NCBI GenBank assembly: GCA_965197905.1
Contig: CBDAOB010000005.1
Span: 1,696,001-1,760,000 of the forward strand
Direction of reading: 5' to 3'
Origin: Candidatus Latescibacterota bacterium
GTDB taxonomy: Bacteria; Latescibacterota; UBA2968; UBA8231
DNA: 64,000 nt
Below, in pieces: positions 10,008 through 20,811 of the stretch. The notes under the pieces are model-generated. The model saw nothing but the letters and a program-made list of their open reading frames with translations. It was not told the DNA's origin and did no database searches. Position 1 is the first letter of the stretch. Each line of letters opens with the position of its first letter. A program made the translations under genes and the position numbers.

Positions 10008-10621
10008 CTCAAGCTACTGCTATGGCAGCAACTGTCGATCCTGCGGAATCTCCACTTACCCCTGAGAGCTGGGGCAAGCTTGGAATGTGGATATTCCTCG
10101 CGGGAGATGCGATGTCGTTTGGAACCCTGCTTGCTGGTTATGGCGCCCTGCGAGCTGGAAGCACCGACTGGCCTAACCCGGCAGAAGTGCTCGGCATACC
10201 CCTCACTGCCTTCATGACCTTTCTGCTGATCTGCAGCAGTGTGACCATGGTGAAGGCCTTGTCAGCAATCAAGCATGGCAACTCAAAGGGAATGCGGAAC
10301 TATTTACTGTTGACCATTCTGGGTGGTCTGATTTTCCTGGGCTGCCAAGCATACGAATGGACAGTCCTGATTAATGGGGGTCTTGGTTTTAGTACTAATC
10401 CTTATGGGAATTATCTCTTTGGCACAACCTTCTTTGCCATTACAGGTTTTCACGGGGCCCACGTTACCGGGGGCGTCATATATCTCACATGCATAGTGGT
10501 GCGTGGAATGCGCGGCAAATACTCAGCTGCGAATTACGACCACGTTGAGATCCTCGGGTTATACTGGCATTTCGTAGACCTTGTATGGATCATGGTGTTT
10601 ACCTTTGTCTACTTGCTCTAG
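10004..10621 (+). CDS. coxC: Cytochrome c oxidase subunit III (second copy)
   Basis: GKLGMWIFLAGDAMSF, FFAITGFHGAHV, GLYWHFVDLVW; AAGGAG RBS, TTG start. Confidence 0.92.
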   Translation: MTQATAMAATVDPAESPLTPESWGKLGMWIFLAGDAMSFGTLLAGYGALRAGSTDWPNPAEVLGIPLTAFMTFLLICSSVTMVKALSAIKHGNSKGMRNYLLLTILGGLIFLGCQAYEWTVLINGGLGFSTNPYGNYLFGTTFFAITGFHGAHVTGGVIYLTCIVVRGMRGKYSAANYDHVEILGLYWHFVDLVWIMVFTFVYLL

Positions 10622-10712
10622 TAGCAGAGTCAGAAATTGGCAAGAATTTTAGCGTTCAGAAATCAAATTTCGTGGGATCTGGTCATACTTTCATAGTGGG
10701 GAAAGAAAAACA

Positions 10713-11033
10713 ATGACAGATAATCACCAAGAACCGAACTACATGGGTGTGTTCTATTTGTTGGCAGTTCTCACGGTTGTTGAGATCGGTATCATATATG
10801 TGCCGATAGCCAAACTGATCATAGCATTCATGCTGGTTATCCTGGCTGTAGCTAAGGCTGCGCTTGTTGGTATGTATTTTATGCACCTGAAATTTGAGAA
10901 ACGTACGCTGGGTATGATTGCTCTGACTCCAATGGTGATCTGTACCCTACTGATATTCGCGCTCATTCCAGACCTAACCGGAACTCCTCATCAATCATCG
11001 GCGCAGACCACTGAGGAGCAATCTGCTCGATAG
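10713..11033 (+). CDS. Cytochrome c oxidase subunit IV family
   Basis: LAVLTVVE..KAALVGMYFMHLKFE. Confidence 0.88.
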   Translation: MTDNHQEPNYMGVFYLLAVLTVVEIGIIYVPIAKLIIAFMLVILAVAKAALVGMYFMHLKFEKRTLGMIALTPMVICTLLIFALIPDLTGTPHQSSAQTTEEQSAR

Positions 11034-11080
11034 TCTCTCCATCCAAAACGCAACACTCACCGAACTGCAAAGGAACTGCG

Positions 11081-11806
11081 ATGAAACTGAGGATCAGACA
11101 GCCCCTCACAGCTGTGACGATGATTGCATTGACTGTGGCCCTGTCCGGTATAGTCCGAGCCCAGGGCGCCGGAGGGTCAATCAGCGGCTCGATCAAATAC
11201 GATGGCAAGGCACCGGCAGCGAAGAAGCTGGCGGTCAGTAAGGACGTGAACGTCTGCGCCGTGGACGAGAAATTCTCTGAGGAGCTTGTCGTCTCAGCCG
11301 AGGGTGGTATCCAAAATGTCTTCGTGCAGGTGCTCGGGGCCAAGGGCGAGGTCGTAATCCCCAAGGAGCGACCCTCTGTCGTGCAAAAGGGATGTCAATT
11401 CATTCCGCATATTCAGGTCATCCCTGCCGGTTCGAGAGTGAACATCATGAACGAGGATGGCATCGCTCACAATCTCCATACGCTCAGCGAGAAGAATCCG
11501 GCCTTTAATCGACTGCAGCCCGGTGTCAAGAAGAGGATGATTACCCGAAAGAACGATCTGCTAATTCCGGAGATCATACCGCTGAAGTGTGATCTTCACG
11601 GTTGGATGAAGGCGTGGATCGTCGTGACCGATCACCCCTATCACGCCATATCCGATCAGGAGGGGTCGTATCAGATTCCCGGTATTCCGCCGGGGACGTA
11701 CACGGTTCAGTTCTGGCACGAAACCCTGGGGCTACAGTCGCAGGAAGTGACCGTGAAGACCGGGGCCGATGCAGGTGTCAGCGTAGCGTTCAAGGCCGGA
11801 ACGTAA
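11081..11806 (+). CDS. Secreted cupredoxin-like / carboxypeptidase-regulatory-like domain protein
   Basis: Signal peptide; CQFIPH, HNLH, CDLHGWM; GIPPGTYTVQFWHETLG. Confidence 0.75.
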   Translation: MKLRIRQPLTAVTMIALTVALSGIVRAQGAGGSISGSIKYDGKAPAAKKLAVSKDVNVCAVDEKFSEELVVSAEGGIQNVFVQVLGAKGEVVIPKERPSVVQKGCQFIPHIQVIPAGSRVNIMNEDGIAHNLHTLSEKNPAFNRLQPGVKKRMITRKNDLLIPEIIPLKCDLHGWMKAWIVVTDHPYHAISDQEGSYQIPGIPPGTYTVQFWHETLGLQSQEVTVKTGADAGVSVAFKAGT

Positions 11807-11890
11807 GTCGAATAGACCGGATGCACAGATCCATCGCTTAGCGGGCACAACCTAGGCCCTGCGGGAATTCTTCGTATTCCTGGTGTTTCT

Positions 11891-12250
11891 TCAGATTGTG
11901 CGTACGATGGCAAGTATTGCGTTGTGGGGTACAACTACATACTTCTCGTTTTCGAATTTTATTTCGATGGCATCCTTGCGCAGAAAGATGGCGTGATCAC
12001 TTTTCTGGGCTTGCAGAGGAATATATCGCATGTGTTCTTCACCCGCCTTCCAAGGTGATTCGTCCTCCGCGGATTTTGGCGGCAGCGGGATTCCAGGGCC
12101 TATCTCCTCGACGAAACCGCTCTGCACCGTCTCTTTTTCCAACGCCGTTGGGGGCAGATAGAGCCCGACTTCAGTGCGTTCCTCCGTGCTATCCAGTCGG
12201 ATAAGGACTCGATCCCCAACTACAAGTAGCTCTTTGTCACCTCTGATCAT
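11891..12250 (-). CDS. groES: Co-chaperonin GroES family protein (stand-alone)
   Basis: VVGDRVLI..GLYLPP..GFVEEIGPG..KYVVVPHNAILA. Confidence 0.85.
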   Translation of the reverse strand: MIRGDKELLVVGDRVLIRLDSTEERTEVGLYLPPTALEKETVQSGFVEEIGPGIPLPPKSAEDESPWKAGEEHMRYIPLQAQKSDHAIFLRKDAIEIKFENEKYVVVPHNAILAIVRTI

Positions 12251-12330
12251 CTTGTAGCCGTATCTCCGTTTTTTCTTGTGTCACCCTTATGAGTTGGGCA
12301 AAATCTTGACCTAGTGCATCTGCTGTCCGC

Positions 12331-13092
12331 TTATGCAGGCGGCCGAGCGGCGGCTGCTGCCGCCCCAACTATGCCAGCCTGATTCCGCATGTGAGCGGGA
12401 ACGACCTTGGTATCCACCTCCAGATGCAGCAGGAACTTTTCGTGTTTCTTGCTTACTCCTCCCCCTACGATAATCAAGTCCGGCCAGACGTAGAATTGAA
12501 TTCTCTTAAAGTATTTGTCCAGCCTCCGCGCCCACGTTTTCCACGGGAGCTTCTTCTTCTCGCGCACGCTGCCCGCCGCCCACGACTCGGCATCGCGACC
12601 ATCGATTTCAATATGTCCCAATTCGGTATTAGGCACCAGATGGCCGTCAACGAACAAAGCCGTCCCAATGCCAGTGCCGAGGGTCACGACAAGGACTACC
12701 CCGTTTTGACCGCGCCCGGCGCCGAAGCGCATCTCAGCCACTCCAGCAGCATCAGCATCATTGAGCACGGTGACCCTTCGTTCGGTCGCTTCCCCGAACA
12801 GCTGCTCAACGTTTTGTCCAATCCACTTCTTTGAAATATTCGAGGCGATCTTGACCTGTCCCGACCGGATGGCGGCTGGGAATCCGCAGCCGACTGGACC
12901 TTCCCATTCGAAATGATTGACGAATTCTCCCACCTTAGCCGATACGGCGGCAGGCGTTGCCGGCTGTGGAGTTAGGACTCTCCAGCGCTCCCCCACCAGG
13001 ATACCCCGTTCCACGTCAACTGCGGCACCCTTGATACCCGTTCCGCCGATATCGATGCCGAGAGACAGGTTGTCTGTTTCCTGCGATGCCAT
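12331..13092 (-). CDS. ppgK: Polyphosphate glucokinase (ROK family)
   Basis: [44 protein letters not shown]. Confidence 0.92.
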   Translation of the reverse strand: MASQETDNLSLGIDIGGTGIKGAAVDVERGILVGERWRVLTPQPATPAAVSAKVGEFVNHFEWEGPVGCGFPAAIRSGQVKIASNISKKWIGQNVEQLFGEATERRVTVLNDADAAGVAEMRFGAGRGQNGVVLVVTLGTGIGTALFVDGHLVPNTELGHIEIDGRDAESWAAGSVREKKKLPWKTWARRLDKYFKRIQFYVWPDLIIVGGGVSKKHEKFLLHLEVDTKVVPAHMRNQAGIVGAAAAAARPPA

Positions 13093-13124
13093 GCGATCTA
13101 GCTTCCAGGCCGTCAATTTTATGG

Positions 13125-14474
13125 CTACTGCGCGGAGAGCATGCCGGTCGCCTGCTCGAGCCTGACCAGAGCGACCGCCCTATCGTGCTCTGCCGTGGCC
13201 AGGTCAGCCTCTGACTGGCTGATCACCAGTTGGGCATCCAGGAGCTCCAGCTGGGTCCCAAGCCCGTTGATATACCTCGACTGCGCCATCGACAGACCGG
13301 TCTCGGCCAGCCCGAGTGCTCCCTGCTGGCTTGCAAGTCGCGATGCGGATGCCCGGAGATCGAGCCAGGCCTGCTTGACTTCCAGACCGATAATCTTCGC
13401 GACACGCTGCTTTTCGAGCTCCGACTTGCGAAGTTCAATGTTTGCCTCTTCTATCTTCGATCGCGTCAACAGACCATCGAAAATCGGAAACGTCAACGAC
13501 AAACCTGTGCTCAAGCTTTTGCGCCATTCCTCGCCAGCGAGGTCCAATTTGTCGGATTGTAGCTGCATCTGTCCATTGGCTACAAAAGAAATCTCGGGTC
13601 TCAATCCTGCCCGCTCGACATCCACATCTCGGCGTCTGGCCCGTACCAGGGCTCCCAGCTGCTGCATCTCCGGCCGCTGTTGCAAAGCCAGGGCGACAAG
13701 CCTGCCCAGACTGTCTGTTGGAACAGCCACGTCGCGATCGAAACCTCCAACGAGCATCAGTTCCCTATCCAGGTCGATCCCGACAAGCCGCTTGAAATCG
13801 GCCCGGGACATGTCCAATCCGTTTCGCACCCGGATAGAATCGCTCTCCAACACGTTTATCTGCACACGAGCGCGCACGAGATCGTATTCCAGAGCGCGTC
13901 CAGCACGACGCAACGCCCCCACCTGGCGCAAATTTGACCGCGCGCGGGTCAGCGCGGAGGCACTCACCTTATCGAGCTCGATGCCAAGCATCACCGAGTA
14001 GAACCCCTCCTCTACCAATGCCCGGGTCTGTTGCTGGATGCCACGTTGCGTGGCTATGGAATACCTGGTGAGATTTCGCGCGGAAGATCTGGAGGCTCTG
14101 ATCCTGCCACCGCTGTACAAAGCCTGCGAAAGGAGCAGATTCCCGGTAAGGCTATTGTCCGTACCAATGCTGAAACGTTCGCGGCCGGTTGGGGTATCGA
14201 ATACCAGCGTTGGTAGCAGCCACGAGCGACTGTAGCCTAGGGACAGATCGACGCGCGGCAGACCGCCGGCCCGCGCCTGACCGTACTCGGCCTTCGACTT
14301 GTCCACGTCCTCCCTGGCCATACGCACCTCTTCATTCTGTTGAAGCGCGCGTTCGATCGCCTCAGGGAGTGTCAGCGTAATCAGAGCAGTCAGTTCAGTG
14401 GAAAAAAGCTGCGTGGCGCTCAGCACCCAAACGCCCAGAGCCATGCGGAACGTGCCCACCCCCAACCCTCTCAC
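13125..14474 (-). CDS. TolC family outer membrane efflux protein
   Basis: [45 protein letters not shown] start just after the upstream stop (the longer ORF overlaps the pentapeptide gene). Confidence 0.88.
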   Translation of the reverse strand: MRGLGVGTFRMALGVWVLSATQLFSTELTALITLTLPEAIERALQQNEEVRMAREDVDKSKAEYGQARAGGLPRVDLSLGYSRSWLLPTLVFDTPTGRERFSIGTDNSLTGNLLLSQALYSGGRIRASRSSARNLTRYSIATQRGIQQQTRALVEEGFYSVMLGIELDKVSASALTRARSNLRQVGALRRAGRALEYDLVRARVQINVLESDSIRVRNGLDMSRADFKRLVGIDLDRELMLVGGFDRDVAVPTDSLGRLVALALQQRPEMQQLGALVRARRRDVDVERAGLRPEISFVANGQMQLQSDKLDLAGEEWRKSLSTGLSLTFPIFDGLLTRSKIEEANIELRKSELEKQRVAKIIGLEVKQAWLDLRASASRLASQQGALGLAETGLSMAQSRYINGLGTQLELLDAQLVISQSEADLATAEHDRAVALVRLEQATGMLSAQ

Positions 14475-14476
14475 CT

Positions 14477-15379
14477 CTACTCTGCTGCTTCGGGACCCGT
14501 GGTTTTGTCGTCTACCAACGCGTCTTCGAGATCGTCCTTGGCCAGCCCCTCCACATCCCGCAGATCGGCGCCACGAAGATTCGTCTCGAAGAGCTCGCAC
14601 CCTTGCATCTTTGCTCGGCGCAGGATGGCCCCTTCCAGGTTGGCCGCGCAGAGGTTGGCCCCTTTGAGGTCTGCACCCTCCAGGTCCGCTCCTTGAAGAT
14701 CGGCGTTCTGCAGATCGCACATGAAGAGGTTGGATTCCTGCAGTTTGGCCTTCTTCAGCATCGCCCCTTGGAGATTGGCTTCGCACAGGTCGGCCCTTCT
14801 GAAGTCGGCGTGATCGAGCGCGGCTTCCTCTAACACCGCCTCCCGCATCTTGGCCCCGACGAAGTTCGCCCCGCTCCCCTTGACCTTCTTCAGGTTCGAC
14901 TTGTCCATCAAGGCCTCCAGCAGGTCTGCAGAGCGCAGGTCAGCCAGGAAGAAGTCGACGTTCTGAAGCTCCGCTTTCTGCAGATTCGACTCGCGCAGGT
15001 CGCCGCCCCGCAAAACCGCGCCCTGCAGATACTGCTCCCGCAGGTTGCAGCGGCCCAGGTTAGCACGCTCCCCTTCTTTTGATTTCGAGGTCACCCAAAG
15101 CCGATGCCGGTCGAGGATGTGTTCGAATTCGTCAGGGGTGAATTCGCGCAGCGCTTGTTGACCCTGAGTCTCGCGCTCGGGATCCGCTGGAGCTTCTTCC
15201 CCACGTCCGGCTGCAGCTTGGACAACGGGTTTATCCTGCTTAATCACACCCGTATCCTTGGCCTCTCCCGACGAGTGCGAAACTTTGGCGGCTTTCTTCT
15301 TTCCAGCTTTCTTCTTTTGCTGTCCGCGCTTGGCAACTGCGGACTTCAGCTTGGAAAGAACCTTCCTTTTTGCTGCCAC
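14477..15379 (-). CDS. Pentapeptide repeat protein with Lys-rich N-terminus
   Basis: Tandem A(D/N)Lxx repeats; HRLWV..GERANL cap. Confidence 0.88.
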   Translation of the reverse strand: MAAKRKVLSKLKSAVAKRGQQKKKAGKKKAAKVSHSSGEAKDTGVIKQDKPVVQAAAGRGEEAPADPERETQGQQALREFTPDEFEHILDRHRLWVTSKSKEGERANLGRCNLREQYLQGAVLRGGDLRESNLQKAELQNVDFFLADLRSADLLEALMDKSNLKKVKGSGANFVGAKMREAVLEEAALDHADFRRADLCEANLQGAMLKKAKLQESNLFMCDLQNADLQGADLEGADLKGANLCAANLEGAILRRAKMQGCELFETNLRGADLRDVEGLAKDDLEDALVDDKTTGPEAAE

Positions 15380-15413
15380 CTAAAACCCTTTCTCGAGCGA
15401 GAACCGCACCAAT

Positions 15414-15755
15414 TCAATCCTTCTTTCTCTTCAGCATCGAACGCAGGGACTCGGCAACCTGCTCAGGCTTCTCCTCGACTCTTTTTTGCACCCTCTCTTT
15501 GGTGGCTTCCCCCACTTCCACGAGTCGGGTAAATTCATCTTCGGAGACATGATCGCGTGCCTCGCCATAAACCTGAGTCTGTTGTTTCTTTTTGCCGCCG
15601 AGGCTATTTAGGAACCACATGAGAAACAGGAAAACTCCGACTCCAGAGGCCAATGCAAACAGGAGCGACCCGGTTCGCATCCACAGGTGCCCCGAGGCGA
15701 GCCCCGCCAACGCCGCGGCCAATATGGCGACCAGCGATTTATTTATGGACAGCAT
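15414..15755 (-). CDS. Hypothetical 2-TM membrane protein
   Basis: Two hydrophobic helices, charged C-terminus VEEKPEQVAESLRSML. Confidence 0.65.
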   Translation of the reverse strand: MLSINKSLVAILAAALAGLASGHLWMRTGSLLFALASGVGVFLFLMWFLNSLGGKKKQQTQVYGEARDHVSEDEFTRLVEVGEATKERVQKRVEEKPEQVAESLRSMLKRKKD

Positions 15756-15846
15756 TATTTCTTGAGAGCGCTCCGATTGATTGTGGAAAATATACGCCAT
15801 TCTGTAAGCGGGAAACAGAGGATCTCCCTATCTTCGCCCCAGTCCG

Positions 15847-16065
15847 ATGATTGGCGAAATCTTGAATCTCATTCTCGGCGCGGGCGCGACGGTGGGCTAC
15901 TTGTACGCATGGCGACGGGCGACGTTGCCAAGAGAGCAGAATGGCCGCTCGAGGATGCGGTTGCGCCTCTGGCAGCTGCTGTTCCTTCTGGGGATAACCC
16001 CTTACGTGCTTTTGGTGTTTTTCATGATGGATTTGTTGGCGCGGAGATTCGGGAGCAGTCCGTGA
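15847..16065 (+). CDS. Small hypothetical membrane protein
   Basis: 72 aa with two hydrophobic segments. Confidence 0.5.
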   Translation: MIGEILNLILGAGATVGYLYAWRRATLPREQNGRSRMRLRLWQLLFLLGITPYVLLVFFMMDLLARRFGSSP

Positions 16066-16222
16066 CCCCCCACATCGATCATTGCGCCGTGGCACAACCG
16101 ATTCGGGTATTCGCCCCTTGTAAATCTGACCCATATGCCTTTACTTTTACGTTTTTAGTGAGCACGACTTATCGGTCCAGCAGCTGCGGCAAATCCGCGC
16201 TGCGAATGAAGGAGGCAGGCTG

Positions 16223-17005
16223 TTGAGATTCACAATTCCGGCTCTGGTAGTGGCCCTTTTTGGCCTATCATGTGGTACGAGTTCACACGACTACAGCGAA
16301 GGACTTCCCGAAAACGCGATCGACGAATTTATCGACGCCGCCTACACGGGTAACCTGGACAAGGTCAAGGCCTTGATAGATGCCGGCATCGACGTAAATG
16401 GCCAGGACGAACACTACATGAGCGCCCTTGGCTGGGCAACCCGTCGCTACCATGTGGATATCGTCAAGATGCTGTTGGCAGCCGGGGCAGACCCAAACAC
16501 TAAACGACGCAAGAACGTTTCAGTGTTGATGGATGCGGCCTTCTATTCCAACGAGGAGGTGTTGAAGCTGCTCATCGACGCCGGGGCCGAATTGAACGCA
16601 CAGTCGGAATCGGGAGGAAACGCGCTAAAATCCGCCGTCGACAAGGGTAGGTTGAGCATGGTGAAGGCACTCATAGCGGCCGGCGCCGACGTAGATATCA
16701 AGAATGAGGCCGGATACACGCCCCTCTACAAGTCCCTGGCGGAGCGCTACGAAGAGATGGCCATCCAATTTATAGCAGCGGGCGCCGAGCTCGACACCAG
16801 ACATGGAAACCGTGCAACACCCCTCATCCAGGCTGTCCACTTCAACTTGGGTGACGCCGTCAAGGCGATGGTCGAGGGGGGTGCGGATCTTACGCTCCAG
16901 GATAAAAGTGGCAAGACAGCGCTCGATTGGGCCGTTTCGTCGAGACGAACGGAAATCGCCAAGTACCTGGCAGGCGCGGGCGCCAAGCCTGGAGAAGAGT
17001 TGTAA
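16223..17005 (+). CDS. Ankyrin repeat lipoprotein
   Basis: GLSC lipobox; repeats GxT(P/A)L..A..G....V..LI.AGAD; AAGGAGG RBS. Confidence 0.9.
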   Translation: MRFTIPALVVALFGLSCGTSSHDYSEGLPENAIDEFIDAAYTGNLDKVKALIDAGIDVNGQDEHYMSALGWATRRYHVDIVKMLLAAGADPNTKRRKNVSVLMDAAFYSNEEVLKLLIDAGAELNAQSESGGNALKSAVDKGRLSMVKALIAAGADVDIKNEAGYTPLYKSLAERYEEMAIQFIAAGAELDTRHGNRATPLIQAVHFNLGDAVKAMVEGGADLTLQDKSGKTALDWAVSSRRTEIAKYLAGAGAKPGEEL

Positions 17006-17032
17006 GGGGACCAGGACGAGGTCGGCGAACCA

Positions 17033-17680
17033 ATGCTTCAGCTGCTGGTCATCACCCTCGGCATGTGGGTTGGGGTAGGCGCAACCCAGGCCCTCGTAAA
17101 ATCAGGCTCCAAGGAGATTCGTGAAGAAGAAGGCGAACACTCACTCAGCCTGACCCAGGACGAGGTCGAACGCCTGCAAGCGCTTCTACTAAAGAAAGGG
17201 ATCCGCGTCGACTCGGGTGAAGACGTCGACCCCGGGATTAGACTGGTCGCCAACCTTTCCCCGCTCACACCTACTGCTACGATAGGCTCAGGCGGAAACT
17301 GCTCGGTTCAGTATCGAGGTATCGTGATTTCGGCCGCGGCAGACCTGGCCTCTTATGCCGAAGCCAACGCCGTCGATTTCGAGGTTGGGGCCGGTGACCT
17401 CGTCGCCTCTGTTCGGCTCGATCTGGGAATCGGCTGGGTCGGCCAGCGCAGATACTTTCTTGAAGTTCGGCACACCGACGGCTCCGGACCGCTGGAGATT
17501 ACCGGCAAAGGTGAGCTCCTCGCTGAGGCGGGCATGGAAGAGGCAGAATCGCTGCTGACGGAACCGTTTGTCATCACCGGAACCCCGGACGGCGATAGCT
17601 CCTACCGTATCGAGATCCGTGGAGGGCCAGCGGCAGTCACTGGCACCCTGGGTAAGATTCGGCTCTACCGGCTGAAATAA
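17033..17680 (+). CDS. Hypothetical secreted/membrane-anchored protein
   Basis: 215-aa ORF with N-terminal hydrophobic helix, co-oriented with the ankyrin gene. Confidence 0.6.
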   Translation: MLQLLVITLGMWVGVGATQALVKSGSKEIREEEGEHSLSLTQDEVERLQALLLKKGIRVDSGEDVDPGIRLVANLSPLTPTATIGSGGNCSVQYRGIVISAAADLASYAEANAVDFEVGAGDLVASVRLDLGIGWVGQRRYFLEVRHTDGSGPLEITGKGELLAEAGMEEAESLLTEPFVITGTPDGDSSYRIEIRGGPAAVTGTLGKIRLYRLK

Positions 17681-17701
17681 CGAACCGCTTTCACCCCCAA
17701 C

Positions 17702-17921
17702 CTACATCGCACAAGACCCCGCACCGCGCGGATCGCCACAGGTGCCACACGAGCCAGGTTGGTCACGCAAAGCTGTTTCCTGGCCACTCGTCGCAAAGGT
17801 GGAAAACCGCTTGGTGAGGTTCGTGCTGGAACAGTCCGGGCAGGAAATCTCTCCCTTACCCTGAACCAGGATCTCGAACTCGGTGTCGCAGGAATCACAG
17901 TTGAATTCAAAGATAGGCCAT
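17702..17921 (-). pseudogene. FmdB-family zinc ribbon protein, start codon disrupted by a junction
   Basis: Minus frame 17917-17702 reads PIFEFNCDSCDTEFEILV..CPDCSS..KRFSTF..CGTCGDPRGAGSCAM*; the preceding ATG is 1 nt out of frame. Confidence 0.75.
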
Positions 17922-20160
17922 CTTGTGATATGCGGTCGAGGGTCCCGGTGAAGGTCACCGATTCCAATGACCCCCTAAGCGGCAAACTGATGCGATAACC
18001 GCCATCCGGTCCGCGCAGGTATCCTTCCACCAGCGTCGGGCCAACTTCGATGCTCGCGTCGACTAGTTCGGTTGCCTCGAAGATCTGCTCGCGCCCAACC
18101 TGCAGAGAGCGCCCGCTGCGCAACGCGTATCCTGCCAGAATGCCGTCCGTGAAGCGAACGAGTCCGAAATGTGCGTCGCTCGAGACATCACCTTCCAGGG
18201 ACGTAAACGCTATGCCCGCCGCTCCGGGGCCTTCCACCCAGGCGAAATCCCGATCTTCGCCGTTGGTGATCTGCACCACCTGCCCCGGCGTGCCTTCCAC
18301 CGCAGATATCTCCGGTTCGGCCTGCTCGACAGCTCGAGGATAGAGCACGCTGAGGAAATTGACGTTGGCGCCAGATTTTTCCGCGAGCAGCATCGTGTGC
18401 GTCGGTTCCTGGAGGAAGTCGAAGGAATGAATCGTGTCGCGCTCCGAGAAAACGACCTGCTCGGTATCGGCCACAAACGCCAGCAGTTCCGCTTGTGATC
18501 TGCTCCAACGCGCTAGGTTTCCGATTCGAGCGTAGGACCCTCCGCTGGTACCTCCGCCGTGGCCATGGAGCCGCCACTGGTAGGTGTGGGACGCATCGTC
18601 CCGGAGCTCGTCGGCGACGACGAAATAGCTGTGATCGGCGAACATGACGCTACGGCGGACATCCGCCCCGGCATACCCCGCCCGCACCTCGGCGTAATCC
18701 ATGAAGGGGCTGACAAAAGCGTTCTCGATGAAAGCATCGTTGCCTCCGTCGATCGACTCGTTCGCCACGATGAGATTCGGCGGTCCTTGCCCATCAACCA
18801 GCACGACATTGTGATTGCGGCCCGAATTCACCTTGCTGTGGTTGGTGAAGTTGATGTATCCCGCATCCAAAGCCAGCATCTCCCCCCCGGCATAGATGAT
18901 GAAGCTGGTCTCGTCCGGATGTTCATGGCCCAACCCCTGCGCCCGCGCCCTACCGTGCTCGCCCCTTAGAAGCATATAGGTGGCGTCCGTGCCCCAGCTG
19001 CTGCGAAACACCGCATCGCCGGCGCCGGGCATGAAGATGGAGGGTCCGCGGTCCGGTTCCATCGGGACCACCGAATCATCATAGATCGCGATAGCGTCCA
19101 TCTCGGAGAACTGCCGCACGTAGAGCCCCTTTGCGTTGTTGAGCCAGTCCCACAGATGGACTGGGCCGTCGGCATCCACAGCGGCCAGATAGTGGCCATA
19201 GAAGTCATCCAGATGTCCATCCTCTATGTTCGGCCGGCGTCCGTCGGGGAGCCGGAGATTGACCGACCAGTCGTGCATCTTGGCGATCTGGGGGTCGGCG
19301 AAGAGGTCGATACCCATGACGTTTTTCAAGGCAAACATATACGGTAGATAGACATCCGCGGCATAGCGGCTGTAGAACGGACCTTCGGCATACCCTCCAT
19401 CCTCCTCATCGATCTGGTGAGCCATCGAACGAGTCACCAGGTCGAAGGCGCGATTGGCCCAGTTCTGCGGGGTGCGATCGTCGATGCCTGGATGGTCGCT
19501 CAAAACCAAAGCGGCCAGGCCCAACCCACCGTAGGCGCGCACGTGCCAGTTGTCGAGATGCAACACATCCGGGTCGCGGGGATCCGGCGTCTCATGCAGC
19601 CATATCTTGAGAGTCGTGATGCCGAGGTTCACCTCCCCAATCACGATCCCCTTGCGCAACCGTTCCGCTTCCTCCGCAAGGATCTGGCGAATCTCAGACA
19701 AAGACTCGGGATCCGAGGCCACGAAACTGTGAATCATGTCATACGCAACGGCGTACAGCGCGACCACCTCTCCTTCGTTGTGGGGCTCTCCCAGATCTCC
19801 ATCACGCGGCGGGAACCTCATCTGCTTCAATGCGTCGACGGCCTGTTGCGCAAAGCTTTCGTCGTCTGTCATCAGGTAGGCGAAAGCGAGGCTCTTGGCC
19901 ATTCGCGCTTTGGTGCGTTCCTCGGTGTAGGTAGAGGGGGCCGACTGCGCCCGTGAAAGCACCGTTTGCCACCAAGTGGAATACGGCTCCCGCTGAATGC
20001 GCTCTTTCATGATTTCGACATGCCCGGCATCGAAGAGCAAGCTTGGGTGCTGTTCCGACGGCAGCGTTTGAGCCGCCCCGTCAGCCGCGCCGAATCCCAC
20101 TAAACAGATACCTATCCACCGCAAACGAATCCTGGCATTTTGCAAAGTTGTGATCGACAT
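17918..20160 (-). CDS. Heparinase II/III-family secreted lyase-like protein, 3'-truncated
   Basis: Signal peptide, HPSLLF, DGGYAEGPFYSRY, VFRSSW, GHEHPDETSF, HNVVLVDG; the tail runs out of frame into the FmdB sequence (ORF-track stop at 17665). Confidence 0.75.
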
Positions 20161-20232
20161 TACCGGTATGACCTCCGCACTTGAGCTCGAGTTTATGGTT
20201 TCCCACCACCTTTCAAATTAATCATTTCACGG

Positions 20233-20761
20233 ATGCCAAAGTCAAACCTGTTTTCCCCGTCACCTCCTTTATCATCGCTCGCGGACGGCAGGGAGTTCGC
20301 CCTTTGGGAAGACTTAACCAACTACAAGAATGACCTGTACGTCGATCAGCAGCATGCTACAGCGGCTGATTCCAATCCCGGCACTGAAGATGCACCCTTC
20401 AAGATTCTGCAAGAACAATCGGGTCGTAAACAACGTGGTAACGCGGTGCAAGGTGCCCCTGGAATATTTCGATATCGAAAACAACTCGGATCAGAACGTC
20501 TTTTCAGGGATCGGGGATGAGTTCGATTTCGAATCATGGAAAAAGGCTGGGCTAGATCCCGCAAGCTGCATCTTGGACCTGGAGGTAACCTTCGATGAGG
20601 ATGACAGCGGCATGTCCTGGAGCGGAGCGGATTTCGAGCCGATTCCTGTGGACGAGGTACTGAACTGCGATTATTTCGGGCGCCGGCACGCCGGTGGCAA
20701 AATGCCCATCGGCCCCTTTATGGAAGGATGGAGCTCCATACCTCGGCGCCTATCATTCTGA
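20233..20761 (+). pseudogene. Internally deleted remnant of a DUF1565/beta-helix-type protein
   Basis: N-terminal LYVDQQH..ADSNPGTEDAPFK motif joined out of frame to a C-terminal segment (NRVVNNVV..DYFG..IGPF). Confidence 0.55.
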
Positions 20762-20811
20762 TGCTGCAGCTTGTTATGTAGGACAATACCCTAACGTCGG
20801 TGTGCTATCGT

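Noticed and set aside
14475..14786. Long N-terminal extension of the TolC ORF
   Set aside because: Off-frame overlap with the pentapeptide gene; a GTG start at 14474 fits better
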